In this document: positions 25,701 through 38,412 of the stretch, piece by piece
How positions within the stretch are numbered: position 1 is the first letter of the stretch
Layout of the letters: every line of letters starts with the position of its first letter
IMG/VR virus record: IMGVR_UViG_3300002220_000322
Location: 1 to 64,000 of that record
DNA length: 64,000 bases
Origin: a virus
Taxonomy: Duplodnaviria; Caudoviricetes
Reading direction: 5' to 3' (one strand)
Translations under genes and position numbers: made by a program
The notes under the pieces: model-generated
Told to the model about the DNA's origin: nothing
Seen by the model: the letters and a program-made list of their open reading frames with translations, nothing else
The model's database searches: none

Positions 25701-28636
25701 AAATATCTGATGAACTTAAAGAAGCCCTGGGTAAAATAGGAATATCAGAAAGTAATTATAAGGTATACACAGAGAATACAGTACAAGGGTCTGAATCCGA
25801 TTATTTTATTTTTCCTTCTTCATTATTAACAAGCGAAAATATAGTAAGAAGTTTAAGAAAACTATATACCTATACAAGTAGAGCTAAGTATGGTAGTATA
25901 ATATTAAAAACTGGAGATATACAAAATAAAGATGGGACTGTTGTAAATCTTATACCAAAACCACAAGGTTATTCAGAGTCTATACAACCAATGTTACCAG
26001 AAGTAGTAAAGGCAGACAAAGAAAAAAGAATCCAATCTTTAAAAGAGTTATTAGACCCCGATTTTAATATTAAGTATGATAACTTTAAATTTATTATAGG
26101 AGAGGTTACTATAGACGAAGATCAAGAAGATAGTATTTTTAAGGGTGAGGAAACAATTTCTCAAGAACCAGAAGAAGAAACTTTTATAAAACCAGAGGAT
26201 AATTTTAATTATAGAGCTCATACCTTTTATAATGATTTAAATATTGAATATGAAAATAAAAGGGGAAAAGTACTATTATATAAAAATGATTCTTTTTACG
26301 GATTATCTTATGGAATAAGTAAATGAAACACAGTAGGAGACAGGGAGGTTATTGAATTAACTACTCAAGAATTTAATAAATTAGTTGATGACTATGTATC
26401 TGCAAAATATGGAATTTGAGGAGGAATATTAAAAGGAAAACCAATCAAATTACCTAGAGGAAATGATTATTTATCTAATGTACTAGGTAGTAACTACTCT
26501 GGAAATTTAAAAACTTCTATAGTTCTTAAAAAAGGAACATATAATAATAGTTTAAATTCTCCATTTGCTAAACAGGAAGACAATATCTCAGAACATTTAG
26601 CTACGGGAGATAAATACTTAAATTTATTTGCCAAAATAGAAATTAATCCTGATAATTTTCATTATGTGCATTTGGCTACCATGCCTAAAATAGAAACAGT
26701 ACAAAAGTTTTATGATCAATATGTAACTAAAAATTCTAAATCTGCTAAAGCTTATTCAGATTTTATTACTAATGGTGGAGACGAATATGAAATTGATATA
26801 AAACAATTAGATATAAAAACTTCTACCAGGGCATTAAAAACTAAAGTAACTGAAAATACTTTATCTAATTTACAAAATATACCTGGATTAAGATTTTTTA
26901 ACGGTACTAAATTTACAAAAACTCCCTCATATAATTTATTTCCAACAGGAGAAGCTGGGTTTAATGAATTTAAGAATATATACAAAAGACATACTTTTGG
27001 AAATCAAATATCTGACGAAAAACTAAAAGAAATGTATTTTGGAAGAATAAGAGAAGATGGGTCCAAAACTCCAGGATATAAAGGTAAACCTTATGTAATA
27101 GTATCTTTTGTAGAAGACTTTTCCCAAGCACAAGTACTATTATTAAGAAGTAAGGCAAGAAGTTTAAAAGATATAACTGAATCTCTGAAGAATCCTTTTA
27201 ATTTAACGTCTCCAAAAAGCGCTAAACAAATAATAAAAACAAGTAAAGAGGGAAGTTATGAGAGAAAGAGGCTTCATGGCTTTACAGATACTTTGTTTAG
27301 TGGGAGTCAAGTATTAGATATGTTAATTGATTTAGCAGTAGACAAGCCAGAATTATTTAATTCTTTTTTTAAAACTGGAGCAGAAGCTTTATTAGTAACA
27401 GAACAAAAAATAAAATCTTGGAATGTTGATAATATTATAAAAGAGGATTTTTTAACAAACTATTTAGGAGCAATATCCGGTGTCTTAGAAAAAGACCTAT
27501 TAGCAAATATAACCTATGCTAAAGCAGGAAGTGCTGATCCATTGAGACAAGTACTTACTGAGATACAAATATCAGTTAAAGATTATGTAGACAATAATAA
27601 AAGTATAGATAAAAAAGAGTTAAGAAAAAAACTACTTGATATAGTAAAAAATAAAAAGGTTTGGTTTAGCAGATTCTGAAATTTATTTAGCTTTAAAAAT
27701 CAATCAGATCTAATTATTACTTTTCCAGACATTTTGCCAGAAATAAAATCTCAATATGAAGGATTTTCTAAGGTAATGAATAGTATGATAGATTATTGAA
27801 ACGATAGGGGAAAAATTTATTTTAATACTTCTATTACCCCAGAAGCTAAAGGAACCTTTGTATTAAATAAAACAGAGTGGGATAATGATAATTTATATAT
27901 AAATAGATTGCCAGAAGGATTTTATTTATCGGTAGACCTATCTAAAGAAGTTACACATAGACCTACTCCTAATTTAGAGAAAAAAAGACTAGCTCAAATA
28001 TTATCTTATACTACATATAATGGAAATCCTATATTATCTGAGAATAGTACTGATATAGTGGAAACCCTAAATAAAAAGATAGAAAAGGCTGTAGTTATTA
28101 AAGAAATTTTAGAGCATAACAACAATATTAAGGAACTAGGAGAAGTATATTTCTTACAAGACTTAATATCTTTAGATCTAAATACTCTTCAAGAATATAA
28201 GAATGAATTAGATAATAGAAAAAAGAAACAGATTTCTACTGAAGAGGCTATTACATTATTAAAGGACATATCATCTAAATTAGAAGATAGTGGCTCTTAT
28301 AAAGTATTAATAGTAGAAGCATTAGTAGAAAAATTAAATTTTTTAATAGATAATGATAAACTAGTGTCTGACTCTAGAATTACTAAAGAAGATATTAATG
28401 TATTAGAGAGTATATCCAATAATATAGACTTTACTATTAAATTTTTAGATTCTTTCTCTAATTCGCAGACTGAGGTTTCTGAAATTCTTGGATTAGACCC
28501 CGTATATGATGATATAAACACAGCTTTATCTAGTTTATACTGGGATCAATTTTTTAAAGTAGTTAGACCAGACCTATCGTTAGAGTCTTTATCTCCTACA
28601 AGTTTAATAATAGACTTGTTTAACCTTTGTAATTAA
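19745..28636 (+). CDS. Giant virion protein with N-terminal hydrophobic segments and an SF1 helicase-like domain, 2963 aa (11 TGA=Trp)
   Basis: Eight pieces in one frame. Helicase-type motifs GDAGTGKT, (W)FAAPH, IIFVDEIT, GAGDPTQ, TVQGSESD, LYTYTSRA. The only Cys is the penultimate residue. Confidence 0.75.
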
Positions 28637-28642
28637 TTAATT

Positions 28643-31600
28643 ATGATATGTAGTGTAGAAAACCAAATAAAAATATACAACAGATTAAAGTTAATTAGGC
28701 CTAGAAATAAAGAGACTGTAGTAGAAATACTACAGTCTTTTGTACCTAATTATACTATAGAACAAGCTGTGAGAGAATTTGATAAAGTTCCAAAAGAATA
28801 TTTATTAAATGTACTTAAAGCAGTAGGTTACAATCCAAAAACAGATTCTCAGGTAATAAAAGAAGATAAAAAAGTAAATAACATAAATACAATTTTTACT
28901 TCGTCTTTTATTCCTAATTTATTTGAAACCCTACATGTAGCAGAAAGTTACTTTGAACAACAAGCTAAAGAACTTATAACAATAGCTACTAAAATAGGAT
29001 ATGGAGATAAATATGTAAGTTCTAATGTAGAACTAAATAACAATATTAAAATATTAAAAAACGATCTATTTGAAAAAATAGTTAGATTTTTAAGAAATAG
29101 GGGAGTAAAATTAGACTATGATAAATATTTTAAAGATGATATATTTCTAGAAAGTGCTAAATTATACTCAGGAAACGTTTTTAATAATTATGATTTATAT
29201 AAGGAGGTCTTAAAAACTTTAGAACATTATCTGCTTGGAGATAATAACCAAAAAGCTATATTGTCATCTAGAGGAGCTTATATTCCTAATATAAAAGGAG
29301 ATATCAGAAAAGCATTAGATAGACAAGTATTTGATGCTTACAATGCTGCCATAATATTATCTAATTTTGATAATATAATGGAAAAGTATTTTGGTAATTC
29401 TATTTCTTTAGATTACTCTGCTTATAATAATTTTGTAGATCCAACAAATAATAGTTTTAAAGGGAAATATCAAATAAAAGAAAGTGGAGAAAAAGTTCCC
29501 TATTGGTTACAGGATTCCCATGCCCAAGAAAATGTAGAAACTATAGAGGATGAACTTAGTTCCAATATTATTAATATTATCAAACACATTAACAAGCAGG
29601 GAGAAGAAACTGGTATTTATTTAAGTACTAATGATTTTTATAGTTTGGGGTCTTATATTAGAGAGTTTGAAAAAGAGAACTTAATTACTATACTTAATAA
29701 TAAAAGTAATGGTCTAGAAAGGTATAAAGACTGGGAACCTCTGGAAAATAATCCAGTTAAAATGCTAGGATGATATCTAGAGAATATAATAGAAGCCTAT
29801 AATCAAGATTTTAAATATGATTTAAATGCAGCTTTAGGTAAACATTTTTTACATAGAGTGGACATAGTTAAATCTATAAACAATTTTTTAACTTCTGTAA
29901 AAACTAAGGAAGAAAATTCAGGGTTTTATTTAACTAGAATACTTGGTCATAAACTTATAAATACTTATGGAGCTAATTACTCTGTATACAATATAAATAA
30001 TCATAAACTTATTTCACAGGAGATGCATTCTCATAATTCCAATAAGGTAGATTTAAATAATACTACATATAGACATTTATTAAACAATGTTTCTCAGCCA
30101 AATAAGTTTTGAATTAAGGTATCTCCTAAAGAAAATATGACTGATAGAGAGTTAAATACTCTATTAAAAGAAGAATTAGAAAGTATAAAAGAAATAATCT
30201 CCACTGATTCTGGATTATCTGATATAATATTTAAGAGTTTAGGGATTTTTATAGGTAAACATGGAGCGGCACAATTAAGAAATAAATTAGGAGAGAAGAC
30301 CGCCACCACAATACAAGATATTTTATCAGAAATTAGAAGTAAAAAAGCGATAGATGATGAATCTATTCCTAGAAGTATATTAGATAGAATTATAGAAAAT
30401 GAGAAAAATATAGACGATGAAAATTATGGAGAGGTCTTAATACCTAGTGATGTAATATCTCCATTAGTTAGAAAAATCCAGGATATTCAAGACATTTATT
30501 TAGATAATTTTATCTTAAGACCTATAATGAATATATCTACATTAAGTGGAGAACAAATACCAACTTATAAAATTCCAAATTTAATGTATAGTGATACCCA
30601 GGTATTACTAGATAGATATGAGATAGAACAAGAAAAAGAGACTAATTTTACTTCTTTATTCTTAAAAGATAATATTTTGTTGGGAACTTCTACTGGACTA
30701 GAAGCAATAAATAAAAACAAGAATAAATCGGTAAGTAAATTTAATGTATTAGAAAGTTTTACTTATAATTTTGAATATTCCTTCTTAAATGCTTTTAAAC
30801 CTACTAAAGAACAACCATCAGGAATACATGTGCTTATGGGTAATTACTCAGACAAAAGTACTATAATGTCTAAAGTAATAAGTTTAGGGGCTGTAAATAA
30901 AGAAGGAAAATATATAATAGGAAGTCATACTGGAGAAAATATTGCAACTATCGAGGAAGTAAAAGAACTATTTAGAACTCAGTCTTTAGATTTTTATACG
31001 GACACTTTAAATAATATATTTGAAAATTATAAAAAAATTGGAGTTAAAATAGATTCTAATGTAGATTCTAATATAAAGAATATAAATATCTTTCTAAAAC
31101 AATTTAAAGACAGAAGTTCTTTTTTAAAATTTGTACACGGAAAAGCAATATTAGACCCAACTATAGAGATAGTTTCAGAATTAAGTTATTCTATTTATTT
31201 AGAAAATAAGAAAGCTAGACTAGCTATGAACCAAGCTATAGTGGATAACTATAGAATATTTAAAAGTAAAGATAGATTTAATGATTTTGTAAAAAGAGAG
31301 GAAGAGTCTCTTATTAGTAAACTAAAAGAAGAATTGGGATCAGAAAATGGAGTATCCTTTTTATTTACAGAAGATAAATTATTTAACATAGAGAAGTCTA
31401 TAAATAAAGATTATAGTGGAGAAGGATCTCCAGTAATTAATCACTGATTGTCTTCTTTAGGAATAACTAAAACAAACTATAAGCCATTTATAACAGAAAA
31501 AGGACATAAAGTATCTTTAAATAATAATAGGATAAACCCATTATTAGAAAGGTGAATGTGGGTAAGTAATTTATTTAAACACGAGTATTTAGCTCTTACC

Positions 31601-34600
31601 GTTAAAATGGAATATATGCATCCAGCTAAAAAAATAGTATATAGAGGAGATTCCTTGGAGGTTGATGTGGAAGCTCTAGACAATGAAAATAGGATAAGAA
31701 TACCTCAAATGTCTAAGAGAAATGTATCCTTTACCGCAACATATGAAATACCTACAAAACATACAAGAGAGGGAGCTCCAGATAAGGTAAATATAGCTGT
31801 TATAGAAGATTATTCTTCTCCTTTATATAATTTGTCTGGAGTTACTACTAACGCTAAAGTACATGATGGAAGTTCCTATATATCATATGTATATTCTAGA
31901 ATGATAGAGTCTTCTTATCCTGGAAAATCGTATAAAGGTACAAAGAAAAGAATAGGTACTTTTATTAAAGAATCGTCTAGTGCTCTTAAAAAAGACGCAG
32001 AAACAGTTATAACAAACTGAAAAATTAGAAACTCAAATAAATCTGTTATAAGGTTTGAACTTAAACAGAAACAAATGCTTTCTGCAATAAATTTACCTAA
32101 TTTTTCTAGAACTTTACATAAATTACCGACTAGTGGGATTTATTATAAAGATGGGGAGTATTTTAGAATAAATGAATATTCAATAAATAATGGTTTAATG
32201 GAAGTAAATTTATCTAAATATAATAACCTTACTAAAAAATTTGAATCTTTAGGTAAGATGCCTCCACAAAAAATAAATACTTTGTATGATATATGAAAAA
32301 TATTTGGAGGAGAATATTCAGCGGACCTAGATAAAAATGGATTTACTTTTACAGAAGGATCTAATGATCTATTATTTGATTTAATTACCTCGGTTAATAC
32401 CGACGGAAATTATTTCTTAAAAAATAATATGATACATATAATATCTAATGAGACTTCCTTTAAATCAGGATCTACAAATGTAAACCCTAGTAGCCATTGG
32501 TATGATTCTAAAATAGAAAAGCTATCTTATTCTACTTATAAAGGGTCTTATTTAGGACCTCAGTTAGATGCAAACCATGATATAAATGAATCTCATATAA
32601 AGGAAATTACTCAGATAATTTCAGCCTTATCACAAAATCCTAAATCTGCTCCTATAGCTAATGAAATATATAATGATATAGCCAGAATAATAAGAGAGTC
32701 TGCTAAACCGTATCTAAGTAAAATTACAAACTTAGATAACGAGAAAATGGAAAGTTATTATAAAACTTTATCTAGAAATTTTGCTTATGCTTTAGCAGGC
32801 TCTAATAACACAGGGCTAGCTAAAACTATAGCAGAGTCTTTTGGACAAGGGTCAGTATTACCTTTTAGTCACCAAAGTTTATTTAAAGATTTTACCAGGG
32901 ATTTAATAACTAAGATGAACAATGAATTCATTACTAGATATTATCCAGGAATTGGAGTAGTATTAAATCCCTCTCATGGAATAATACAAGTATATGAAGA
33001 CATAAATGGTAACATAATGTCACATAATGATATTATAAAGAGGGCTATACAATGATATAATGCTCTACCCCAAAAACAACCTTTGTCAACTGAGCAGATT
33101 ATTGATTTATATACAGAGCAAACTTTTCCTCCGCAAGAAATTACCCTAGCAGAAGTAAACTTAGGAGATATTATAGAAATTGAGGGGAGAATTGAAAACT
33201 TAAATGATATAGAGTTATATTATAATATTAAATTTAATTCTAATTTACCGTTAGGAACTTTAGTTAAAAAAATATACAATGTTCCTAGGGATTTAAAGCC
33301 AGCAGAAATAACATTTACATATAATGGAATAAAAAGTAATGTTTTTGATTTACCATCCGTTAAATTAAAGTATGCATTAGAAAAAGGAGAATCTAATATA
33401 AATTTAGATAGATTAGCTAACTATTGAGGAATAGCCAGAGATAATGATTTTGTAAAAAACATGGCTTTAAAACTAACTGCATGGACACAACGAAATTTAG
33501 ATTTATTAGATGAATCTTTTGTTATTGCTACTGTTGTAGATGAGCAGGGGAATATAATTCCTGAAGAAACTTTTATACCAGAAGATAATTTAGTAACTAC
33601 TCCATTTTCAGAGGTTAAAGATATATATATAAAAAGTAAGGCAGTCCCAGTAACAGACTATGTATTTAAACCTGCAGAACTTATAATGGGAAATATGTAT
33701 AAAAACATATTTAATACTGAGGAGGATAGTATAGATATTATTAAGAATACAGTAAACGATAGGGGAGAAAACATATATTTTAAAAATAAACTTGATAATA
33801 TATATATAGAAGACAATAAAGAGGCAGACTTTAAGTTAATTTTATCTGAAGGAGATAAACCTGTATATATTAAATATGTTAAGGAATATCCAGCAGCTAT
33901 TAAGGAAAATAATAGCATCTTTGTTCCCCATTATGACGATAATACAGGAGAATTAAATACTTATAGAGTTAGTAATAATGGCACTCCTTTATATAAAAAA
34001 TTACCGGAGTCTAAAATTATAAGCCATGATGGTTACGATATAGTTTATATTAAAATAGGTAAAAATATAAAAGTTGATGCAGAAACTAAAACATTATTAT
34101 CTAATAACTTTAGTAGTGATATTAGGGAATTTTTAAAATCTTTTAAAGGGAAAATTAAGGCTATTATACCATTAATGAACGGAAGTAATGAGTTAACTAC
34201 TAACCTAGTTAAGAACACTAAAAATGGGTTAGTTCCATCAAATTCTAATGAAATTACTTTTAATATATTTAAAAAATTCAGCGGGTATAATTCTAAAGAT
34301 AATAAGTTATCTAAAGATTGATTTAAAAATAATAAAGAGGCTATTATAACTCAGTTAGGAAATAAAATGTTGGCTTCATGAGAAAAATCTCTTGAAGTAG
34401 TATCAGCACGTATTCCTGCTCAGTCTATGCAATCATTTATGGAAATGAAAAACATATCCTATTTTGATACGGATACTAATGATGCTTTTGTTTCTGTTTG
34501 ACAAATTTGATTACAAGGCAGTGACTTTAAATAAATATTGGAGTCACTATAATAAATCTCGTTAACTGCGGGAAACTCCTTAGAGCTTTTGCTACGAACT

Positions 34601-37600
34601 TAAGATAGAGATATACTTAAGGGTTATAATTAACTATTATAAATATCGTAAAAAGGTAAAAGATTGGACAATCCGCAACCAAGCGTCCTAGATAAAATTA
34701 TTTAAAGTTTAGACTATTAAATTGACAAAATTTTATTAATTTTATATAATAGGATGAAGGCTCATCGACTATCCCGGAAGGGAGTAGAGACTTCATTTAG
34801 TATTAATTTATTAAATGAATAATTATGTATAAAAGAAAAATTACAAAAAAGTTAAATTTAAATCAAAAACAACTATTAATAGGGTTGTTAATTGGAGATG
34901 GAACAATTTCATCAAATTATGTTTTTAAACTTTCTCATGGAGAAAATCAAAAAGAATATTTAGAATGGAAAATACAACTATTAAACAAACTAAATATAAA
35001 AAATAATGGATTAAAAACATATATATCAAATTCTGGATACAATGAAGGTAAATTAGTATTATATTCACAAATATCATTAAATGCAACAATAAAAGCATTA
35101 AGAAGATCAATTTATACACCTAAGAAAAAAATAACTAGGAAATTATTAAATTGGTTAAATGAACAAGGATTAGCAATTTGATATATGGATGATGGGCATA
35201 TTAATGTAAATACATCTCAACAAAGATCTTCTATTCAACATACAATTAAAATAGCTACTTGTGTAGATTTTGATACAATAAATGAAATAATAAAATATTT
35301 TTCAGAAAGATGGGATATAAAATTTAGACCTTTTAAAGAAGGTAATAATACTTATTCTATTGCTTCTAGTTCAGAAGAAGATTGTGAAAAATTTTGTAAA
35401 ATTATAAAACCGTATATTAATCAAGTACCTAGTTTATTATATAAAATTAGAAAAAATTTAACTAAAGAAGAATTTTTAGAATTACAAATTAAAGGTCTCG
35501 AAATGCGAGACATTATATATTAATTTATATAATGAAGATATAGTCAGTCTTTATATGAAAGTATAAAGGTTTAACGGATATAGATAAATCTTATATAATG
35601 GCCCACGGATTTAATAAAAATGGACAATATGATTTTTGAAGTGATATATTAGAATATAACACACGTAAACAATTAGATGCTTTAGAAAGATTACCAATAC
35701 CTCAAGACAGCCAAATAAATATTTCTGCTGATGGTATTGATGTAACTAATTTTATATTAGAATTATCTAAAGAAATATCAGGAATAGAAGAAAATTATAA
35801 TTTAAGTCCAGAAAATATCAATATTTTAGGTAAATTATTGAGAACTATAAATAGTTCTCCGATTAAAATAAACACTAATTTAATTTCTGAAGAAGATATA
35901 GATAAAGTACTTACTTTAGTAAATAAATATAATAAAGATAATAGTTATTTACGAAAAGAAGGAGCTATAAAAAACTCTATTGTGTCTAAAATTAGACAGA
36001 TTATATCTTTACCAAGTAATCAATTATTAGCTACAGAGCCCGTAGATGTTAAACCCTTAGCAGATGCAGGAGATAGGGCTAAAGAAATTATAGGATTCAG
36101 TGAGCCTAGATTTTCTAGTTGAGATATGATAACTTCCTATAAACAACAAGAAGATGCTTCTATAGGTAAAGGAGATGTTGGTATAGGGGCTAATGGATTA
36201 AAAGTATTCTTTGCATTAAGTAATTATTATAATAATTATTATACTAAAGAAGTTAACTTTGAAAAAGACATACTCATAAGTCCTAAAAGCTTTTTAAAAG
36301 AATTTACTATTAACGGAAAAACTAGGGTGATAACTAGTATAGCTAATGTAGATATTCCCACAAAATTTTTAGAGGATACTTTAAATATATATGGATATAA
36401 TAATCTTAATAAAGAACTTACAAAACTAAGTACAGAAAAAGCAGCAATTAATGCCTCGGCTTTCCTTACTGGGGCTACAGACAATGCTAAAGAATTAGTA
36501 ATGGCCAAAATAAATGCAACGCTAGAATTAGCCTCTATGCATATGTATTTAATATCTTTGGGTTATAGTATTGAAGATGTTTCTATATACATGAATTCTG
36601 ATTTAGCCAGGTATGTATCTAAACAAGCTACTGGTAATATCTTTAAAAACACTGATGAAATATTTGTTCCAAGTATAATAGATGCATATAAAATAGTAAA
36701 TACTAATATTAGTCAATCTGAAATAGATCAGTTTAAAGATATATATTATGGGGCTCAGGAGTTTAGAGTATTAGCCTCTATATTAAAAGTAAATCAAAAG
36801 GCTTCTGCTAATATACCTGAATTGAATAAATTTCTTTCAAAATTTGAAGGGGCTGTTTATAGCAGAGAACATAAAGTACTAAATAAACATTTAATAAAAC
36901 TGAGAAATCCAGATTTATGAAAAATTAAAATAAATGGAGGAAAAGATATAATTGATATGATTATAGATGATAACCCCCTACTTAGTAAACATCCTGATGC
37001 TAGAAAATATGTGGAAGAAGTTTTATTAAGAGCTTCTAATATAAAAGTTAATTATATAGACGAGAATGGTTTTACTAATTCTAAAAGAGTAAGTTTAATA
37101 GGAGGTCAGTTTGATTTTAGATATTATATACACTTAGAAAACTCTAATTATAGAGCCGCTGCCATAGAATATTATAATTTATTTAAAAATACTATAAATA
37201 TATTTGATGTAATAGAAAATTCTCCACATTTTAGAGAAATGGTTAATGGGGTAGGAATTATACATAATGTAATGTCTACTTATTCTAAGAAATATAATAT
37301 GGCCTTTAATAAAGTAAGAGATCTTGTTAGATTAGAGGGTACTAGAATAGTAACTAATAATAAAGAAGTTAAACACTTATTTGGAAATTCAGCGTTACCT
37401 ATAAAAATATCTGATATAGTTTTAGCCCGATCTTTCAGAGCTATAGAAAATTTCATAGTGTCTGGTTGATTTAAGTCTGGGAAGAGAGTATCTGATTTTA
37501 GATTTAACCCTAAAAATTTATTATCTTTGGCAGGAATACCAAAACTAACCTTTTATTTAAATGATAATATTAAATATTATTCAATAGGAGAAATTAAGGG

Positions 37601-38411
37601 ACTGAAAAATATAGACGATATAAAGAATAACATAATAGAAATAACTCCAACCCAAGAAGAGGATTTTATTATAGATTTAACTACTGACTACGGAATAGCT
37701 AATTTTAAGATATTTATGGAAGAAGTAGTATTAAAGATACTACAACAATCTAAAGCCAATAATATATTAGAATTATTAAGATTAAGTTCTGTTAAAAATT
37801 CTATGGGGCTAATATCTACGCAGATAGTTCCGTCTTTTAATATAAGTAGTTTAAATTCTCCAATTAATATGGAAAAGTTTCAAGCATTACTTACTTCCTT
37901 TAATGAAATAGATTCCACAGTTGAAAACGGTTTAAAAATAAAAAATTCTGAAAATAAAGTAATTTCTTATAAAGATTTGTTTTATGTATATAATTTAGTA
38001 GTAAATAATGAAATGTATGGAGATAAACGGTTAACTCCTTTATTTGACGATTATATTAAACACGAAGATTCTTTAGGGAGAGAGTATTTAGATTTTGTAA
38101 GTAGTGTAGATTCTAATAGAGTTAATATATTTGAAATACCAGAATTAGGAACAGATACAGAGGCAATAAACTTAAGAAATCAACTATATTCTAATCAAAT
38201 AGATGATATTTTATTTATGCTATTTCATAATAGAGGAGCCTTAAATATAGATAAAGTTAATTATAAAATTGAATTGAAAAATGCAAATTTTATATTAAAT
38301 ACCTATATGGAAGAAAGAGGCAGAAAAGACACGGCTCCTTATATAGCACTAAATGCTATACTGTCTATTCTAAATAATAAAAACTTAATAGTAAACTTCA
38401 ATTGCGATTAA
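28643..38411 (+). CDS. Virion RNA polymerase, spliced join(28643..34528,35577..38411), about 2906 aa (16 TGA=Trp)
   Basis: Exon 1 ends ARIPAQSMQS...LQGSDF and exon 2 begins DIDKSY. Splicing restores GSDFDIDK, the DxDxD catalytic loop of crAss/phi14:2-type vRNAP. Also contains HDG and ATDNAKE motifs. Confidence 0.88.
34722..34750 (+). promoter_or_regulatory. Putative sigma70-type promoter inside intron, upstream of the endonuclease
   Basis: Perfect TTGACA-17 nt-TATAAT, about 75 nt before ATG 34825. The AT-rich background weakens significance. Confidence 0.45.
34825..35523 (+). CDS. Intron-encoded LAGLIDADG homing endonuclease, 232 aa (TGA=Trp at 35179)
   Basis: Two motifs, LLIGLLIGDG and GLAI(W)YMDDG (LAGLIDADG_2 type). 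Lies between the R and S elements (P8 loop). Confidence 0.9.
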
Positions 38412-38412
38412 T

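Larger units (their letters stand above)
34529..35576 (+). mobile_element. Group I self-splicing intron in vRNAP gene (1048 nt)
   Basis: Exon ends in U. IGS GGAGTCACT pairs with exon AGTGACTTT with a G-U at the splice site. Core elements: P AACTGCGGGAAA, Q AATCCGCAACC, R GCTCATCGACTA, S AAGATATAGTC. Terminal G at 35576; splicing restores the frame and the DFDID motif. Confidence 0.92.

Noticed and set aside
34529-35576. Intein rather than intron in vRNAP
   Set aside because: The endonuclease is out of frame with its own start and stop, and group I P/Q/R/S elements and an IGS are present.
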